Positions 62,471-64,000 of a stretch of 64,000 bases of DNA are shown here, in pieces. Within the stretch, counting starts at the first letter, position 1, and each line of letters starts with the position of its first letter. Below the pieces are notes generated by a model, which worked only from the letters and a program-made list of their open reading frames with translations, ran no database searches and was not told where the DNA came from. Position numbers and translations under genes: made by a program. Source of the stretch: Yuukianura sp. NJ FZ-2021 (lineage: Eukaryota); assembly GCA_046563655.1 (NCBI GenBank), contig CM102285.1, positions 2,666,001-2,730,000 of the forward strand, given 5' to 3'.

Positions 62471-64000
62471 TGTTCGGGAATTTTTCACTTGTTTTCTGTA
62501 CAAAGGTACTTTGACCGTGACTTAAATCTTACTTATTATAGTTCAGCGATTGCGATTAGTCTTACTGTTTGAAAAGTGAAACACTCACTGCAGGTTAAAA
62601 TTTTTTAGTTATCGTGTTTATACAATTCCCACTGGAAAAAATATGTTGAGCAATACAACATATTACGTCGTGCGAAAATGAAATTCCAAGTCTGATAATT
62701 CCCAAATTGTAATTTGTCCTACTTTGATGATTGTCATGGACATATTCATTAGAACTTGCACCAATTTCAAGTTGAGTTGTGCCAGTTCGTGACATTTGGA
62801 TGAATTAAAATTACTATTGTGATTGTGATGACACTCATGGCAATAGGAACAATAACAAGTAACTCATTGTTTTTTTTTCTTTTTCTTTTTTTATAGAGAA
62901 AGCAGGTTAGGTTCTGTACGAAAGCGTAATAGGGCCACAAAAACTTAGGAGACATCAATCAGTGATTCACTGTTGGTTTAGCTGACGTACTAAATTGAGA
63001 AAACTTTCCAGTGACCAATCGCAGAAAACCTTAATATAATGCAGCTATCCATCGAAACACTATTTCCGGAGAGTCTATGCCATAATCTAAGCATCCAAAA
63101 ATCTAGATAGACCAAAATCTGAGCATGCTAAATTCGGTAATTACTATTAAAACTATGCGAACAGAATCTAACATAACGTTAACTCACGCCTAATTCAACT
63201 CGTCTATAACTAACAAAACCTAATCCAAATCAACTGTATCATATTCCTAGATTTCGGTGTGTTTAGATTTTTGTTGCTTAGATTATAGCGTGCTTCGCTA
63301 CCTTCCGGCTTTTTTATCAGCGCAAGAATCCAAAATCTACAAACATTTAAAAGCTTTGACGTCCTTCCTCCCTGGTGTATTTTCAAGCTGTCAATTAGTT
63401 CGTTATAAAAGTTGGAAGCGAATTGGTTTATTGGTTTCAGCGAATGTCTTGTTTTGCTACCCCATATTTCAAATCACCATAGTTCAATTATATCGTTCGA
63501 AAATGCTGGAAGTCAGTGCTGGACGACCATGGGGTGTAATCAAAATGCGAGCAACATGTACCAAGTCAAATTGGGCGGGAAGTTTCGAATATCTGAGAAA
63601 GTTTACGTAGTCATTAAACAGTGTAGTCTGTGCTGGTTTAGATCAAGGTTGACTTTAATTACGAAAGAGGAATTCGATTTTAGATTTTAACCACGGTGGC
63701 TGAGTAGATTGGCTTTAAGCTTTCAGGACTTCTGGATTTAAAAATTACAAGTTCAATACTTCAGTTACGCATTACAGAAAACTTCGCATAGGAAGTAACA
63801 CTAGGGTAGAGGGTACTCTAATTCAAAACTTAAAGTTTGAAAATGTTTAGCCAGAGACAGTACGATTGTTTCACGAAAATTCTTTTGCTTCTTTCACAAT
63901 GGACATACATTTGTCCATTTGAATTCAATCCAGAAACGGAAATGTTTGAACTTCGTCACAATACTGCCAGAACTTTCTTCGGTTACGTTGCCATATTTGC

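Noticed and set aside
62595..63690. Short ORFs near the right end, possibly a decayed membrane-protein gene
   Set aside because: Many stops, no recognisable motif, and no splice path I could reconstruct.

Overview
AT-rich eukaryotic (animal) genomic DNA with short GT-AG introns; no prokaryotic operons, CRISPR arrays, rRNA or tRNA were seen. The gene content suggests a hexapod, plausibly a springtail (Collembola); this is inference only. Bases 1-12 kb carry no convincing gene. The rest holds: a TSSK-like kinase with degenerate catalytic motifs (probable pseudokinase); nine divergent ~375-430 aa multi-TM chemoreceptor-like genes with open reading frames (tandem arrays of 3 and 4, plus a dispersed pair) and one nonsense pseudogene; an atypical thaumatin-like protein; a WD40 gene that needs a GG-AG intron; a 9-exon DUF229 gene; a bacterial-type WS/DGAT acyltransferase; a THAP-domain ORF; and a pancreatic-type lipase with a hydrophobic tail. 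Many non-autonomous TEs have readable termini or TSDs: a Helentron-associated HINE, Tc1/mariner-type MITEs, a MULE-like MITE, a solo LTR and a MITE carrying a 7/11-mer satellite. They cluster around one recently duplicated receptor gene, and both tandem-duplication junctions are still readable. Exon coordinates were spliced by hand and are predictions.
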